64,000 nucleotides of DNA from Octopus sinensis (GCF_006345805.1 NC_042997.1:132432001-132496000), one strand, 5' to 3'; shown: positions 13,802-26,397, counted from the stretch's first letter. Notes: generated by a model from the letters alone, not told the origin. Made by a program: numbers and translations.

Positions 13802-13867
<66 letters not shown>

Positions 13868-13892
13868 ATGTGTGTGTATATATATATATAGA

Positions 13893-14085
13893 TCGTTAGC
13901 TACTACACACCTTTTTTTTCTCTCCTTGCTTCTCTCCTTGTTTTTTTTCTGTGTATCTTTATGTAGAAGAGCGTAGGCTCAAAACGTAAAAGACTTTTTC
14001 TATTCCTGAGCGCTATACTAATACATCTGTTTGTTTGTACACCACCTGCCTTCGTTTTGTTTTATTTTCGTAAACTTTCCCTTTA
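13893..14085 (+). mobile_element. Short (TA)n-flanked pLTR-like element with degenerate HHR at 13956-13993
   Basis: Homologous to 59045-59227; tcttt|atgtaga|a gagc-gtag-gctc|aaaa|cg|ta|aaaga. Confidence 0.6.
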
Positions 14086-14098
14086 TATATATATATAT

Positions 14099-14136
<38 letters not shown>

Positions 14137-14319
14137 GGTCTGAAGTTGTATATTGCAGGTGGTTCCGTTACAGACAGTACACGAATTCGCTAGTTACTGA
14201 AATTAATTTCTCTTCAAGAAAAATGTGCCAGAGCAACCTCGAATAGAAGGAAATTAATAAAAGAACCATTAAAATCGTATTAAAGAAATAGACCGAAAAA
14301 AAAGAAAAGAACAAAAAAA

Positions 14320-14450
14320 TAAACAGAGATCAAATACGGATTTACAAATACTTAGAAATTAATGAACTAGTTATATTACAACACGTACAAATGAAGAAAA
14401 AATTACGAAGGAATGATAAAGATGTATTAGATTAATTCTTAAAGCTTAAA
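14320..14450 (+). pseudogene. Degenerate R4/Dong-like RT motif 7 fragment
   Basis: tacaaatacttagaaatt (YKYLEI), followed by an R.IRLILK-like segment. Confidence 0.4.
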
Positions 14451-15012
14451 ACAGTGCTTTGCTTGTTTAGTCATCACGTGCAAACAAGTATGACCTGGTG
14501 ACTTATACCACACTTTCGTTAATAGTTTTAGATATTTTAGATATAGTTTTAGATATCTATATCGCGAGCAGACATAGATATCCTCTTAGCTTCCCTTCTT
14601 TTGGTCTGGGAAGAAATCGAGGATATGAAAGCTGGAGGAAAAGGTTCAAGCCAACAGTCGGCTAGTACACATACCTGGGGCAGGCAACGTTCGGTCCAGA
14701 AATGAATCTATGATTGTGAGCCCAACGCCTTAACTCCGAGGCTACAAGTCTTCACAAATTAGAACTAAAATCAAATACTTATCTTCATAAATAGAGATAA
14801 AAGCAATTAATTTTCATAAATATTTATTTTCATAAAAAGAGCTAAATGCAAATAAATAATTAATAAACATTCCTATTACATCATGGCAATCCATTTTAAC
14901 CACTTAATATCACACAAAGCGTTAAAATTCACCTAGGATTTATTTCACGAGGTATTAAACTTTTCGTCGCGCAGCGGTAACCTGATCACTAACACACCCC
15001 CACTGTAGACAT

Positions 15013-15173
15013 AGGCATGACAGTGTGGCTAGAAAGCTCGTTTTGCAACCACATGCTTTCAGGGTCAGTCATATTCTGTGGCACCGTGGGCAAATGTATT
15101 TCGCTATAGCCCCGGGCGGACCAATGTTTTGTAAATGAATCTGGCAGATGGAAATTGTGTGGAAGCCCATCTT

Positions 15174-15209
<36 letters not shown>

Positions 15210-15425
15210 ATTTATTTGTATGTATGTCTTTGCATTTGTATTTGTTCCCCCACCGCTCGACGATCGGCGTTCGTTTGTTTACGTCCCTAAAACTAATAGT
15301 TTAACTAAAGAGACCAACAGAATACATACCAAACTTAAAGATAAGAACTGGAATCGACTTATTCGACCAAAATCGATTCCCCAGCATGGCTGCAGTCCAA
15401 TAACTGCAGCAAGTAAAGAATAAAA
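15013..15425 (+). mobile_element. SINE family A, diverged
   Basis: Recognisable head and tail with many substitutions. Confidence 0.75.
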
Positions 15426-16059
15426 ACGAAAAGACAGTGGAAAACTGCCTGAGACAAAAATGTTGATATCTCATTAAATAAATTTAGAATTTGAAGTGAA
15501 TTAAATAGCTTCGTGCGTTATTACATGGATGGACTGAATCTTCCACAATGTAATTATTTCCGTTTCCACAGATGTTCTCAGGTCAAGTAAAATTCTGGAT
15601 TTACTATTATTATAGATATTATAGTGATAGTTATTGCTGTAATATTGTAGAGTGTGAAATAAATTAATGAAACTGAACCAGAAGGCATGAAATATATTAA
15701 CTGCATTTGTAATACATCACCCTAACTCTAAAAGAGAATGATTATATTTGCAACGCATAGAAAGAGAGAGAGATATACAGGTCTTCGGCAACTCGAAAAT
15801 AATTGTAAAATATCCACTGTAGGAATATAATAAAGAAAACACACACACATAAGTTTTCTATCTTCAAGCAAGAAAACAGAAAATAGATATTGAGATAACA
15901 AAAAGTTGAGGAGAATGGAGAAGCAATAATTAACAATTAAGAGTTAATTGAAAAATAATAACTCTAGATACACAGATCCGTGGTCGTTAGAGTAGAGTAA
16001 ATATCAAAAAAAAAAAAAAAAAAAATTCAGAGCCTGGCTAATTATGGTTTCAAATTTTG

Positions 16060-17426
16060 TGGAAGGGATAGTCGATTACATCGACCTTAATTTTCAACTG
16101 GTGCTTATTTTATCGAGCCCGAAAGGATAAAAGGCAAATTGAACTTCGGCGGAATTTGAACACAGATCGTAAAGGCAGAGGAGATGCCTATATCTTTACT
16201 GCCCACAAGGGGCTACACACAGAGGGGACAAACAAGGACAGACAAACGGATTAAGTCGATTAAATCGACCCCAGTGCTCAACTAGTACTTATTTAATCGA
16301 CCCCTGAAAGGATGAAAGGCAAAGTCGACCTCGGCGGAAATTGAACTCAGAACGCAAAGGCGGATGAAATGCCGCTAAGCATTTTGCCTGTCATGCTAAC
16401 GATTCTGCCAGTCCGAACCTTAAGTGCCTGAATAATAATCTTTTCTATTATATGTACAAAGACTGAAATTTTAGGGGGAAGGGAATAGTCGATTACATCG
16501 ACCTTAATATTCAGCTGGTGCTTATTTTATCGACCCCGAAAGGATGAAAGACAAATTGGACTTCGGCAGAATTTGAACCCAGAACATAAAGAAGGGCAAA
16601 ATGCCGCTAAACATTTTGCCCAACGTGCTAACGATCAGACAGCTCGCAGCCCTAAGATCCTGAATAATTCTTTCTACTATAGGCACAAGGCCTGAAATTT
16701 GAGTGGGTGGGGGAACCAGTCGATTAGATCGACCCCAGCCAGTATGCATCCTGAAAAGATGAAAAGCAAAGTCGACCTCGGCGGAATTTAAACTCAAACA
16801 TAAAAACAGACGAAATACCTATTTCTTTACTACCCACAAAGGGCTAAACATAGATGAGACGGACAAGGACAGACAAACGGATTAAGTCGATTATATCGGC
16901 CCCAGTGCGTAACTGGAACTTATTTAATCGACCCCGAAAGAATGAAAGGCAAAGTCGACCTCGGCGGAATTTGAACTCAGAACGTAGCGGCAGACGAAAT
17001 ACCTATTTCTGTTTCTTTACTACCCACAAGGGGCTAAACACAGAGGGGATAAACAAGGACAGAAAAACAGATTAAGTCAATTACATCGACCCCAGTGCGT
17101 AATTGGTACTTAAGTTATCGACCCCGAAAGGATGAAAGGCAAAGTCGACCTCGGCGGAATTTGAACTCAGAACGTAGTGGCCGACGAAATACCTATTTCT
17201 TTACTACCCACAAGAGGTTAAATATAGAGGGCACAAACATGGACAGACAAACAGATTAAGTCGATTACATCAACCCCAGTGCGTAACTGGTACTTATTTA
17301 ATCGACCCCGAAATGATTAAAGGCAAATTCGACCTCGGCGGAATTCGAACTAAGAACGTAGCGGCAGACGAAATACCGCTAAGCATTCCGCCCGGCTCGC
17401 TAACGTTTCTGCCAGCTCGCCGCCTT
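16060..17426 (-). mobile_element. Cluster/array of SINE family B, about 7 units
   Basis: Repeated unit; head ends at gccagctcgccgcc near 17425. Confidence 0.85.
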
Positions 17427-17819
17427 AAGCATACAATAATGCCGATGGCACAAGGTCTGAAATTTTGGTAGAAGGGGGCTTGTTGATTACATCAAAGATG
17501 TAAAGCAAAGTTGAGCACGGCAAAATTTGAACTCAGAATTCAAATAGCGGAGAGAAATGCTGCAAGGCAACATCCCTATCGTTTTTGAGGATCTGCCAGG
17601 TATCCACATTGTTTCTTTATTAGCCACAAGAACTCGAAAGTTACAATAAAATAAAATACAATGAAGATTAAACAGAGGACTTACATAGTCTTGTGCGATG
17701 GAGCAAGCAAGTTATCTGAAGATGGAGGGAGAATAGAAAGACATTGAATAATTAAATATGGGGCAAGTTATAAATTCACAAAAACAACAAAATTGCCAAA
17801 AAAGCATACAATAATCTTG

Positions 17820-18030
17820 TCTACTATAGGCACAAGGCCTGAAATTTTGGGTGGAATGGGCAAGTCGATTACATCGACCCTAGTACTTAACTGGTACTTA
17901 ATTTATCGACTCCGAAAGGATGAAAGGCAAAATCGACCTCAGCGGAATTTGAACTCAGAACGTAGCGTAAGACGAAACACTGCTAAGCATTGTGCTCGGC
18001 GTGCTAACGTTTCTGCCAGCTTGCGGCCTT
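17820..18030 (-). mobile_element. SINE family B, single copy
   Basis: Family sequence. Confidence 0.8.
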
Positions 18031-18538
18031 AACAAGCATACGATAATGAAAATCAGATTTGTTCTAAAATGGAAGTGTTAATTAGGACAACCCATTTTTT
18101 ACTGATTAAATAACTTGTTTACGCCCTTCCTCTATTATTCATAACTGGAGGTCTCAGGATCTGGCGTAAAGAGCTCTTGGTTTACATTGGGTGGGCGAGA
18201 TCCCACTTTTGTCCTGTGGCTTGTGACATGTGACACCATGTAATGTTATTCAGAAATTTATTCCAATATTCTATCCTCTTCAGGATTCCTGAAGTGACTT
18301 CCTATTCCCATTTCCCACCCGGCAGTACAGTCTGGAAAGTCTTGGAGTATATCATGTAGGTGTTGATTGAGATATTTGTTAGCCTTGTAAAGAGCTGTGA
18401 ACTTATTTAATTTATGTTGGAGAAGGTTCCTTCACAAAGAAGTTGGGTTCTCCTTCACAGAAGGTAGCCTCCTCTTCACTAGAAAGGGGCTCCTGAGTCT
18501 GGACCGGTGTCATGGAAAATAGATAATAAACATATATC

Positions 18539-18580
<42 letters not shown>

Positions 18581-18902
18581 TATAATAATAATAATAATAA
18601 TATATATATATATATTATATATATATATATTAATCGTTTGGACTTTAGCTGTTGCTTCTAGCGTAAAGTAGTCCTATGATGGATACCTCTTAATGTGTTT
18701 AAATGTACACTGTATTTTATATGAACAATATATAGTCTATTGACTAATTTTTCTACACGCTATGCCACTGGTAGTAATGAAAGAAAGTCACGAATGACCT
18801 GTCCTTTTTTTACTGTTCTTCTGTTGTATTTCCTCTCCGTCTTTTGCATCGTTTATCTGTCCAGATGTTTTACCGTCCTCTTGCGTTTTTGTGATATATA
18901 TC

Positions 18903-19290
18903 TCTTTACTCTTTACTTGTTTCAGTCATTTGACTGCGGCCATGCTGGAGCACGGCCTTTAATCGAGCAACTCGACCCCGGGACTTATTCTTTGGTAAGC
19001 CCAGTACTTATTATATTGGTCTCTTTTGCCGAACCGTTAAGTAACGGGGACATAAAACGCCAGCATCGGTTGTCAAACAATTGTAGGGGGACAAACACAC
19101 ACACGCATATATATATACATACATATATGCGACGGGCTTCTTTCAGTTTCCGTCTACCAAATCCACTCACAAGGCTTTGGTCGGCCCGAGGCTATAGTAG
19201 AAGACACTTGCCCAAGGTGCCACGCAGTGGGACTGAACCCGGAACCATGTGGTTCGTAAGCAAGCTACTTACCACACAGCCACTCCTGCG

Positions 19291-19292
<2 letters not shown>
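18903..19292 (-). mobile_element. SINE family A, full length
   Basis: Reverse complement of the family sequence. Confidence 0.9.
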
Positions 19293-19352
<60 letters not shown>

Positions 19353-19354
19353 TA

Positions 19355-19725
19355 CAGGGTGATTCAGAAGTCGCTGTAAATAGAAATAATTTATCTTTTT
19401 ATAAGAAACAGTTTATAAGAACAGTTTTTTTAATATATAACAGGCTCTATATGGTTACCATTGTTTTGAATAGACATTGCAATACGTTTAACCCACTCAT
19501 TGTGAACTCATAATAGCACATCTGGTGATACGTGTGCAAATGAGTTGGTGAAGCGTTCCTTCAAATGATTTATGCCTTTTATTCTTCACTGATACACCAT
19601 GCCTTTCAAATGACCCCAAAGATAGAAACCAAGAAGGGTGAAATCAGGGAATCTAGGGGATCTTATAAACTGTTACTGATAAAAAAAATTTTTTTCCTAT
19701 GTATGAAGACTTTTGAATCACCCTG
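19355..19725 (-). mobile_element. Internally deleted Tc1/mariner (rosa-like) element
   Basis: TIRs cagggtgattca(g/a)aagtc with TA TSDs; minus-strand remnant PRFPDFTLLGFYLWGHLKGMVY resembles PRSPDLTPLDF.LWG.LK. Confidence 0.8.
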
Positions 19726-20154
19726 TATATTCGCGAATTTCAACGCGATGCAGCTCATAAGTATGGGTGTGTGTTAAGTCGTGACGGATCTTTCCTATTG
19801 ATACGAACATATCATAAATGATAACATCTCCGTCACCGTTAAGACACGCACATACACAAATACACTCAAGCACGTGCGTATACATGCACATATACGCAAG
19901 CACACACGCACAAGTGAGTTTTCACGCACGTACGCATTTGATTAATTGGACGTTTAAGATAGAATAACAACAAGCATGGATTATTCCATTTACAAACTGA
20001 AATTAGTGGAGTAGGTTGTTGAGAAGTTGTAATTAAATCTAAAGTGACATATAAAACATCCACTACTTATCCCTTACATTAGTGCCAACTTCATCATATT
20101 CTACTGTGAGGCAGTAAACGACTGCACAGACTTAATATACAAACACATAATATA

Positions 20155-20239
<85 letters not shown>

Positions 20240-20315
20240 GTATGTATATGTTAGTATATGTAAGTATTCGTATGTTGTATATATGTATATTTGTATTTAT
20301 GAGCTATCTGCGTAT

Positions 20316-20374
20316 ATTCCACTGATGAAGGCAAAGCATTTCTTATGCAGACTCAGAAATCCGGGATCTGGAAT
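20316..20374 (+). ncRNA. Type I hammerhead ribozyme with canonical CUGAUGA core
   Basis: attcca|ctgatga|stem II with gcat-ttctt-atgc|gaaa|tcc-g-gga|tc|tggaat. Confidence 0.7.
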
Positions 20375-20764
20375 TATCCAGTTATTTATTTGCTAGTTTA
20401 TTTTGTCTCTTTGTCATCACTCCTGGTGCTATATGAACATTTAATGTGGTTTTACAGTCAAGTTTTGGCTGTTATATCTAGCATGGTGGTATCTCTTAGA
20501 TACCCTTAATTATAATTTGAATAATAATTATTACCTTTGAGGTTTTTATTCCCATGCTATCCACCTTATAAGATCGATATTTAAATTAACGACCTTATCC
20601 TTATTTATATAAATTTTAAATTTATTTCGTCATTGTATTCACTGCGGTGGTATTTTGACCATATTGCACGAGGAATTTTAGGCGGGCAATTTAAACTGGT
20701 CGTGTACATACGTGCATATATATGTATGTATATGTTCGTATATGTAAGTATTCGTATGTTGTAT

Positions 20765-20816
<52 letters not shown>

Positions 20817-20817
20817 A

Positions 20818-20890
<73 letters not shown>

Positions 20891-20911
20891 ATTTATGTGC
20901 TATCTGTGTAT

Positions 20912-20970
20912 ATTCCGCTTATGAAGGCAAAGCATTTCTTATGCAGATCCAGAAATCCAGGATCTGGAAT
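20912..20970 (+). ncRNA. Second HHR copy with mutated core (CUUAUGA)
   Basis: attccg|cttatga|a gg..cc a|gaaa|tcc-a-gga|tc|tggaat. Confidence 0.6.
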
Positions 20971-21550
20971 TATACAGTAATTTTTTGCTAGTTTATTTTG
21001 TCTCTTTGCCTTCTCTCCTGGTGCTGTATGAACAGTTAATGTGGTTTTAGAGTCAGGTTTTGGCTGCTATTACTAGCATGGTGTTATCTCTTAGATACCC
21101 TTAATTATAATTTTAAATATATATATGTGTGTGTATATATGTATGTATGTATGTATGTTTAAGTATATGTATGTGTGTGTCTTTGTGTCTGTTTGTACCC
21201 CTCATCACCATGTGACAACCGGTGTTGGTATGTTTACGTCACAGTAACTAATCCTGTGAGTGGATTTGGTAGACGGAAACTGAAAGAAGCCCGTTTTATA
21301 TGAATATATTTAAGTGTGTGCGTCTTTGTGTCTGTGTCTGTCTCAGTCTCTCCATCACCGCTTGAAAGTCGGTGTTGGCGTGTTTATGTCCCTGTAATTT
21401 AGAGGTGCAGAAAGAGAGACCTATAGAATATACCAGGGGTCGATTTCTTCGACTAAAACCCCTTTAAGGTGGTACTCCAGCATGGCCGCAGTCAAATGAC
21501 TGAAACAAGTAAAAGAATAAAAGAAAGAAGAAAAAATATACACATATTTT

Positions 21551-21872
21551 AGGCGCAGGAGTGGCTGAGTGGTAAGTAGCTTGCCTACCAGCCACATGGT
21601 TCCGAGTTCAGTCCCACTGCGTGGCACATTGGGCAAGTGTCTTCTACTATAGCCTATGTGTGTGTGTGTGTATGTTTGTGTGTCTGTGTTTGTCCCCCTA
21701 CCATTGCTTGACAACCGATGCTGGTGAGTTTATGTCCCCGTAACCTAGTCGTTCGGCAAAAAAGACCGATAGAGTAAGTACTAGGCTTACAAAGATTAAG
21801 TCCCGGGGCGGTTTGTTCGACTAAAGGCAGTGCTCGAGCATGGCCGCAGTCAAATGACTGAAACAAGTAAAA
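21551..21872 (+). mobile_element. SINE family A with internal deletion, preceded by further partial copies at 21170-21520
   Basis: Family sequence. Confidence 0.85.
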
Positions 21873-21903
21873 AAATATACACGTATATACATTTTTATAT
21901 GTA

Positions 21904-21948
<45 letters not shown>

Positions 21949-22024
21949 GACACATGTATATATTTATGTATACATGTCTATATATGCATGTACACGTACT
22001 ATTTATCTTTCTCTCTTTCAACCT

Positions 22025-22073
<49 letters not shown>

Positions 22074-22074
22074 A

Positions 22075-23361
22075 CAGGGTGGGGAAGCAAAATTTACAAT
22101 GAACATTAAGTTGTTTTTTCTCTGGAGGCACTAAGTCAATTGTTTTGAAACCTAGCATATATTGATGTCATACTCATACCTAACACTATTATCCTTACCT
22201 TTTCAGAAACTTTTGCCCATATGAGTAATCAGGAAAGCAAAAGTCAAAGAATGTGTGATTTTCTGAATGCACTCGTCACACCAAAAGAGATTTCAAAACA
22301 CATTGTAGTGTCCATAAAGACTATTTATAATGTAAAGAATAGAATGACTATGAGCAAAACTATTACGAGGAAGTCTGGAAGTTGAGGAATCAACAAAAAA
22401 CGTACCAAAGCTTTTATTAAAACTCTCAAATCCAAAATCCCAAAGGATCCAACCAAATCCATGAGAAAAATGGCAATTGAACTTGAGGTAGACAACAAAA
22501 CCATTAGAAATGCTGTAAAATATGATTTGAAGTTAAAATCTTACACAAGAACACCAAAACATTTGTTGACAACAGCTATGAAGGAAAAGAGATTGGAGAG
22601 GTGCAAGAATATTATTACATGGTTCAAGAAAAAGTCCTCCATTGTAACGATCTTTTCAGATGAAAAGATCTTTACTGTCGATGCTGTTCTGAACAGCAGA
22701 AATGACAGGTTTATCGCAAAATCAACAGCTGAAGTGAAGGGGATATTCACAACAAAAGGTCCTGCTCAAGTTATGGCTTTTGGTGTTGTGGCTTCCGATG
22801 GAAAGAAAATGCCTATAAAATTCTACAAAGCTGATGAAAAGATTAATGTTAATACTTACTACAAGACTCTGAGATACGTGGTATTGCCATGGCTTAAAGC
22901 AAACTACCCAGATGGTAATTATGTATGGACCCAGGATGGTGCTCCAGCCCACACAGCTAGCAAAATACAAGATTTTTGCAAATCCAGCTTTAGTAATTTT
23001 TTGGACTCATGTTTATGGCCGCCTTCTAGCCCAGATCTAAACTCTCTGGATTATGGTATTTGGGGCGTTTTAGAACATGCTACCAATAGAACATCACACA
23101 GCAATGTCGACTCTCTTAAAGATATTATTAAAGAAGAATGGGAGAAGTTGTCTCCCGAACATTTGAGCAACACCTGTGCAAGTTTCAGGAAGCGTGTGAA
23201 GGCAGTTATTGAGAAAGGAGGAGGACACATAGAATAAAAGCATTTTCTATGTAAATTTTCTTGTGGCAAATAAATTCTCATGACTTTCAATAAACAAATA
23301 TGTCATACACTGTCATTCAATCCCTGCCTCAAAATATTGTAAATTTTGCTTCCCCACCCTG
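22075..23361 (+). mobile_element. Full-length Tc1/mariner transposon, DD37D (maT-type)
   Basis: Perfect 26-bp TIRs cagggtggggaagcaaaatttacaat at 22075-22100 and 23336-23361; inserted in a TA tract. Confidence 0.95.
22221..23237 (+). pseudogene. DD37D transposase, 338 codons with one premature TGA at 22383
   Basis: FSDEK / WTQDGAPAH / SPDLNSLDY with 37 residues between the 2nd and 3rd D; ATG 22221 is in frame with ORF 22461. Confidence 0.9.
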
Positions 23362-23453
23362 CATATATATATATATATATGTGTGCATGTATTCGTTAAC
23401 ATGTCTACAACCATGCATGTCATAAGTGTTCTGAGTTTAGGTCCCCTAATTAA

Positions 23454-25097
23454 CCCATCAATGCCCAACATATAATTTTATCATACGCTTCTTTGTTTCA
23501 AACGAAAATGTTCATATAAAATAATTTCATAACTTCAGGCATCAAAAGCCTTTCTGAAGATAAAGAATAATAATTTATCTAGCAATATTTGGCATCAAAG
23601 CCACACTTTGATCATTTATACATTGTGCTAGACTCATTTCTTTCAGTATCAAATTTTGAAGTGAGGAAGAAGTGCTACCGGTGGTAAGTTTTTTATTTGT
23701 ATGCTTTAAATGTTTTGTAATATTTTATTTTGCTTTTGTATTTTTTATTAAGTATACATTTCTTTTGCAAGCCAAACATGTCTTAGTAATCTGTGTAAAT
23801 AAAGTTTCGATTCATTAACGTTTGTATATGTGCGTATCATAAAACATAAGCTGGGAATTCGTGTGTACGTTTCATTCAAAATGTAGTTGAACATACAATC
23901 GTTGATTTTGTAAACAATAAGCCAAAAGACTATTGTAAATTAAAATATTTTGCTCTTGAATCTTAAATTTTCTATATCTATTATTTATTTTATTCATAAG
24001 AAAGTAACCTATTTCCTAGCAAACTAATGTTTGCATAAGGGTAAGTGAAATATATCTAATTCTTATTTCTAGATCGTTAAATATGTCTAAGAGAAAACTC
24101 GGTAGTGAAAGAGGCACTGAAGAAATCCTAAATATAATCGAATCTGGTGGTGATGCTGAATATTTTATTGAGGAAATTGATAATGCTAATGAGCTTCAAC
24201 TGGTACTTCGTCCACTAAACGATGGCAACGATTCAGATAAAGATGATGCTTCAAATGACTGCGAAGAATCTTCAGCAAAATTGCAAGACATTGTGTTGTG
24301 TGTCGTCGACACTGTTATGTCCTCCTTTGAACTCACTGTATATGCCATTTTATAACGTGGACTTATAACAAGCTTATAACAAAACAAATATAAATCTGAA
24401 ATTACACGTAACAAAAATTGTCTCCTCTCGACGGCTTCTATGACTGTCTACATAAAGCGCCTGCACACACCATGTTGTCTCTCACTGACAGTGCGCATGC
24501 GCCTGTATACGGTTTAGGACAGTTGACTTACTATCCCACTTGGGTGTCAGGATTTCACCATAACACATTGGTAGAGGTATTCCTTCAGAGAAAGGTGAGA
24601 TTTGAGCCTATAGTAAAGCTAGTGTTGAGGTTCTCGATGTAGACAAGGAGGTGACACCAATTCCTGCTAAGAAGTACTGTTCGCGCGCAATGAAAATTTC
24701 TCGCAAATGGAATAATAAGCCATTGAAACAATCCTCTGCAAAGTATGACAGTGATTCCAGTGTAACTGAACCTTCGATTACAACAAAATTTAGGGACAAG
24801 TGTGAGCCAACTGACGTCTTCAAGGAGTGCTTCTCTAATGATATTACGAATCGTATTTGCAGAGAAACCGTTAAATATGCCGCACAAAAGGGAGCTTTGC
24901 AGTCAACTTTGTCTGTTGAGGAGCTTTACAAGTATTTTGGAATTGTCGGGTACAATAAACTACCCTGCAGAAGATTGTACTGGGAGACTAGATCCGATTC
25001 AAACAACCGTTTAGTTAGTCATTCAACGTCTAGAAATACGCTTGAGAAAATACATCAATGTCTGCATTTCAACGACACAGACCAGATGGATTCTTAG
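23454..25097 (+). mobile_element. piggyBac (PGBD2/3-like) 5' remnant
   Basis: TTAA|CCC left end at 23450-23456; acidic N-terminus from ATG 24083; DDE_Tnp_1_7-like P.DVF..F.N.I...I..ET..YA / GY..LP..RLYW / SRN..EKI...LHFND. Confidence 0.8.
24294..24565. mobile_element. Solo LTR (272 bp) inserted in the piggyBac ORF
   Basis: TGTTGTG...CATAACA termini with 5-bp TSD cattg at 24289-24293 and 24566-24570. Confidence 0.75.
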
Positions 25098-25229
25098 TGA
25101 AATTCTATCCTTACACAGGTGCAGGGTACATAATTGCAGGTAAAACATTTGGTTCTTAAGTTACTGAAAACTTATGTTTAAATTTTGCACCAGTATGATT
25201 ATGCATTTATATGGTCAACCATTTCACTT

Positions 25230-26397
25230 CTCTACTTTTGAAGGATGCCTTATCAAGCAATGGTCTCTTTTGTGTTCTGGAGCTGATGAAGACCTTGAAT
25301 GTACTTTCAACATCAGTTTGATTTTTGAACTCCTTCTCTCGCTGGAAACCATCAAGGTGCTTGAAAAAGTGGTAGTCGGTAGTAGGAACGTCTATGGAAT
25401 AAGCTGAGTGGGGAAGAACTTCGTAGCCATGTTTACACAACTTCTGGAGCGTCACTAGTGAAATGTATGGTCGAGTATTGTCATGAAGAATGATTGACCC
25501 TCTTCTGTTGACCAGTCTGGGACGGAGGAGTTGCATTTTTTCGTTTAATTTTGGCTATTTCATGGCAATATGTTTCTGCAGTAATGATTTTCCCGGGTTT
25601 TATGAAGTTATAGTGGATGAGTCTAGCAGTACATCACCGAACAGTCACCATAATCTTCATTTTGAGGAGCTCGGGTTTAGGGAAGATTTTCGGTGCTTTA
25701 TTTTGGTCCAACCACTGCGAAGAACGCTTTTTATTATTGTACAGAATCCACTTCTCATCGCAAGTTACAATAAAGTCGAGGAATGGATCGGTGTGGTTAC
25801 AGAGAAGGAGCGACGAGCTAATTTCATATCTGAACATTTTCTGATTTTCATTCAAATCGTGTGGTATCCATTTCCCGAGCTGTTTTGATTTTGCGATCGC
25901 ATGCAAATGGTTACAGGCAGTTTTCTGGCTAACTTGAAGTCCTTTTGCCAGTTCTCGAGTGGTTTTATGTGGATCTTTCTCAATGATGGTCTTTAATTGA
26001 CCACCATCGATGACAGATGGACGTCCACTACGCTCACTTTCTTCAAGTCTCAGGTTTCCACTGCGAAACCGTTTAAATCATTTTCGAGCTGACCACTCAC
26101 TGATCATTTCCTCACCAAACGTTTTGTTGATATCGCGTGCACTTTCAGCAGCTTTACGTCCTTTTTTGAAGTTGAATAGCAAAATTGCTCGAATATCGCG
26201 CTTTGACAGTTCCATTTCAGATGATTGTAACAACGGCGAAAAAAAAAACCAATGTTAATTTATCGATGCATTTGGGCAAGTCTGTATTATCAGACAAATG
26301 CCAAAAAATGTCTAAAAATAATAAAAATTCAAAACTCAGCAAAATTCGGTACAAATTTTTCATGGTTCAAAACGTCGCTTACTTTTTACTCAACCTG

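Larger units (their letters stand above)
11034..13805. mobile_element. Penelope-like retroelement (Neptune-type), two 5'-truncated copies head-to-head inside (TA)n
   Basis: RT motifs IQFTME..LPFLD and FYKATD..YL.F.SCHP; C-x4-C-x2-C linker (CGRSNCATC); C-terminal GIY-YIG (NIIYVIKCSGCHQDYVGST); arm 11034-12260 is the reverse complement of about 12519-13768. Confidence 0.92.
20240..21112 (+). mobile_element. Non-coding direct-repeat element (repeat-spacer-repeat) with one HHR per repeat; retrozyme/pLTR-like
   Basis: About 20240-20518 is repeated at 20722-21112; flanked by (TA)n. Confidence 0.75.

Noticed and set aside
16060-17426. Regularly spaced repeats resembling a CRISPR array
   Set aside because: Units are about 180-bp SINE copies with no unique spacers, in a eukaryotic context
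18761-18780. tatgccactggtag, resembling miR-183/263
   Set aside because: Seed mismatch and no precursor hairpin
18740-19513. 257-aa ORF
   Set aside because: Read-through of an antisense SINE A copy, a TA tract and a MITE
22383-22385. In-frame TGA as possible selenocysteine or readthrough
   Set aside because: Lies in a Gly-rich GSG(G) linker and no SECIS was noticed; a simple nonsense mutation is more likely
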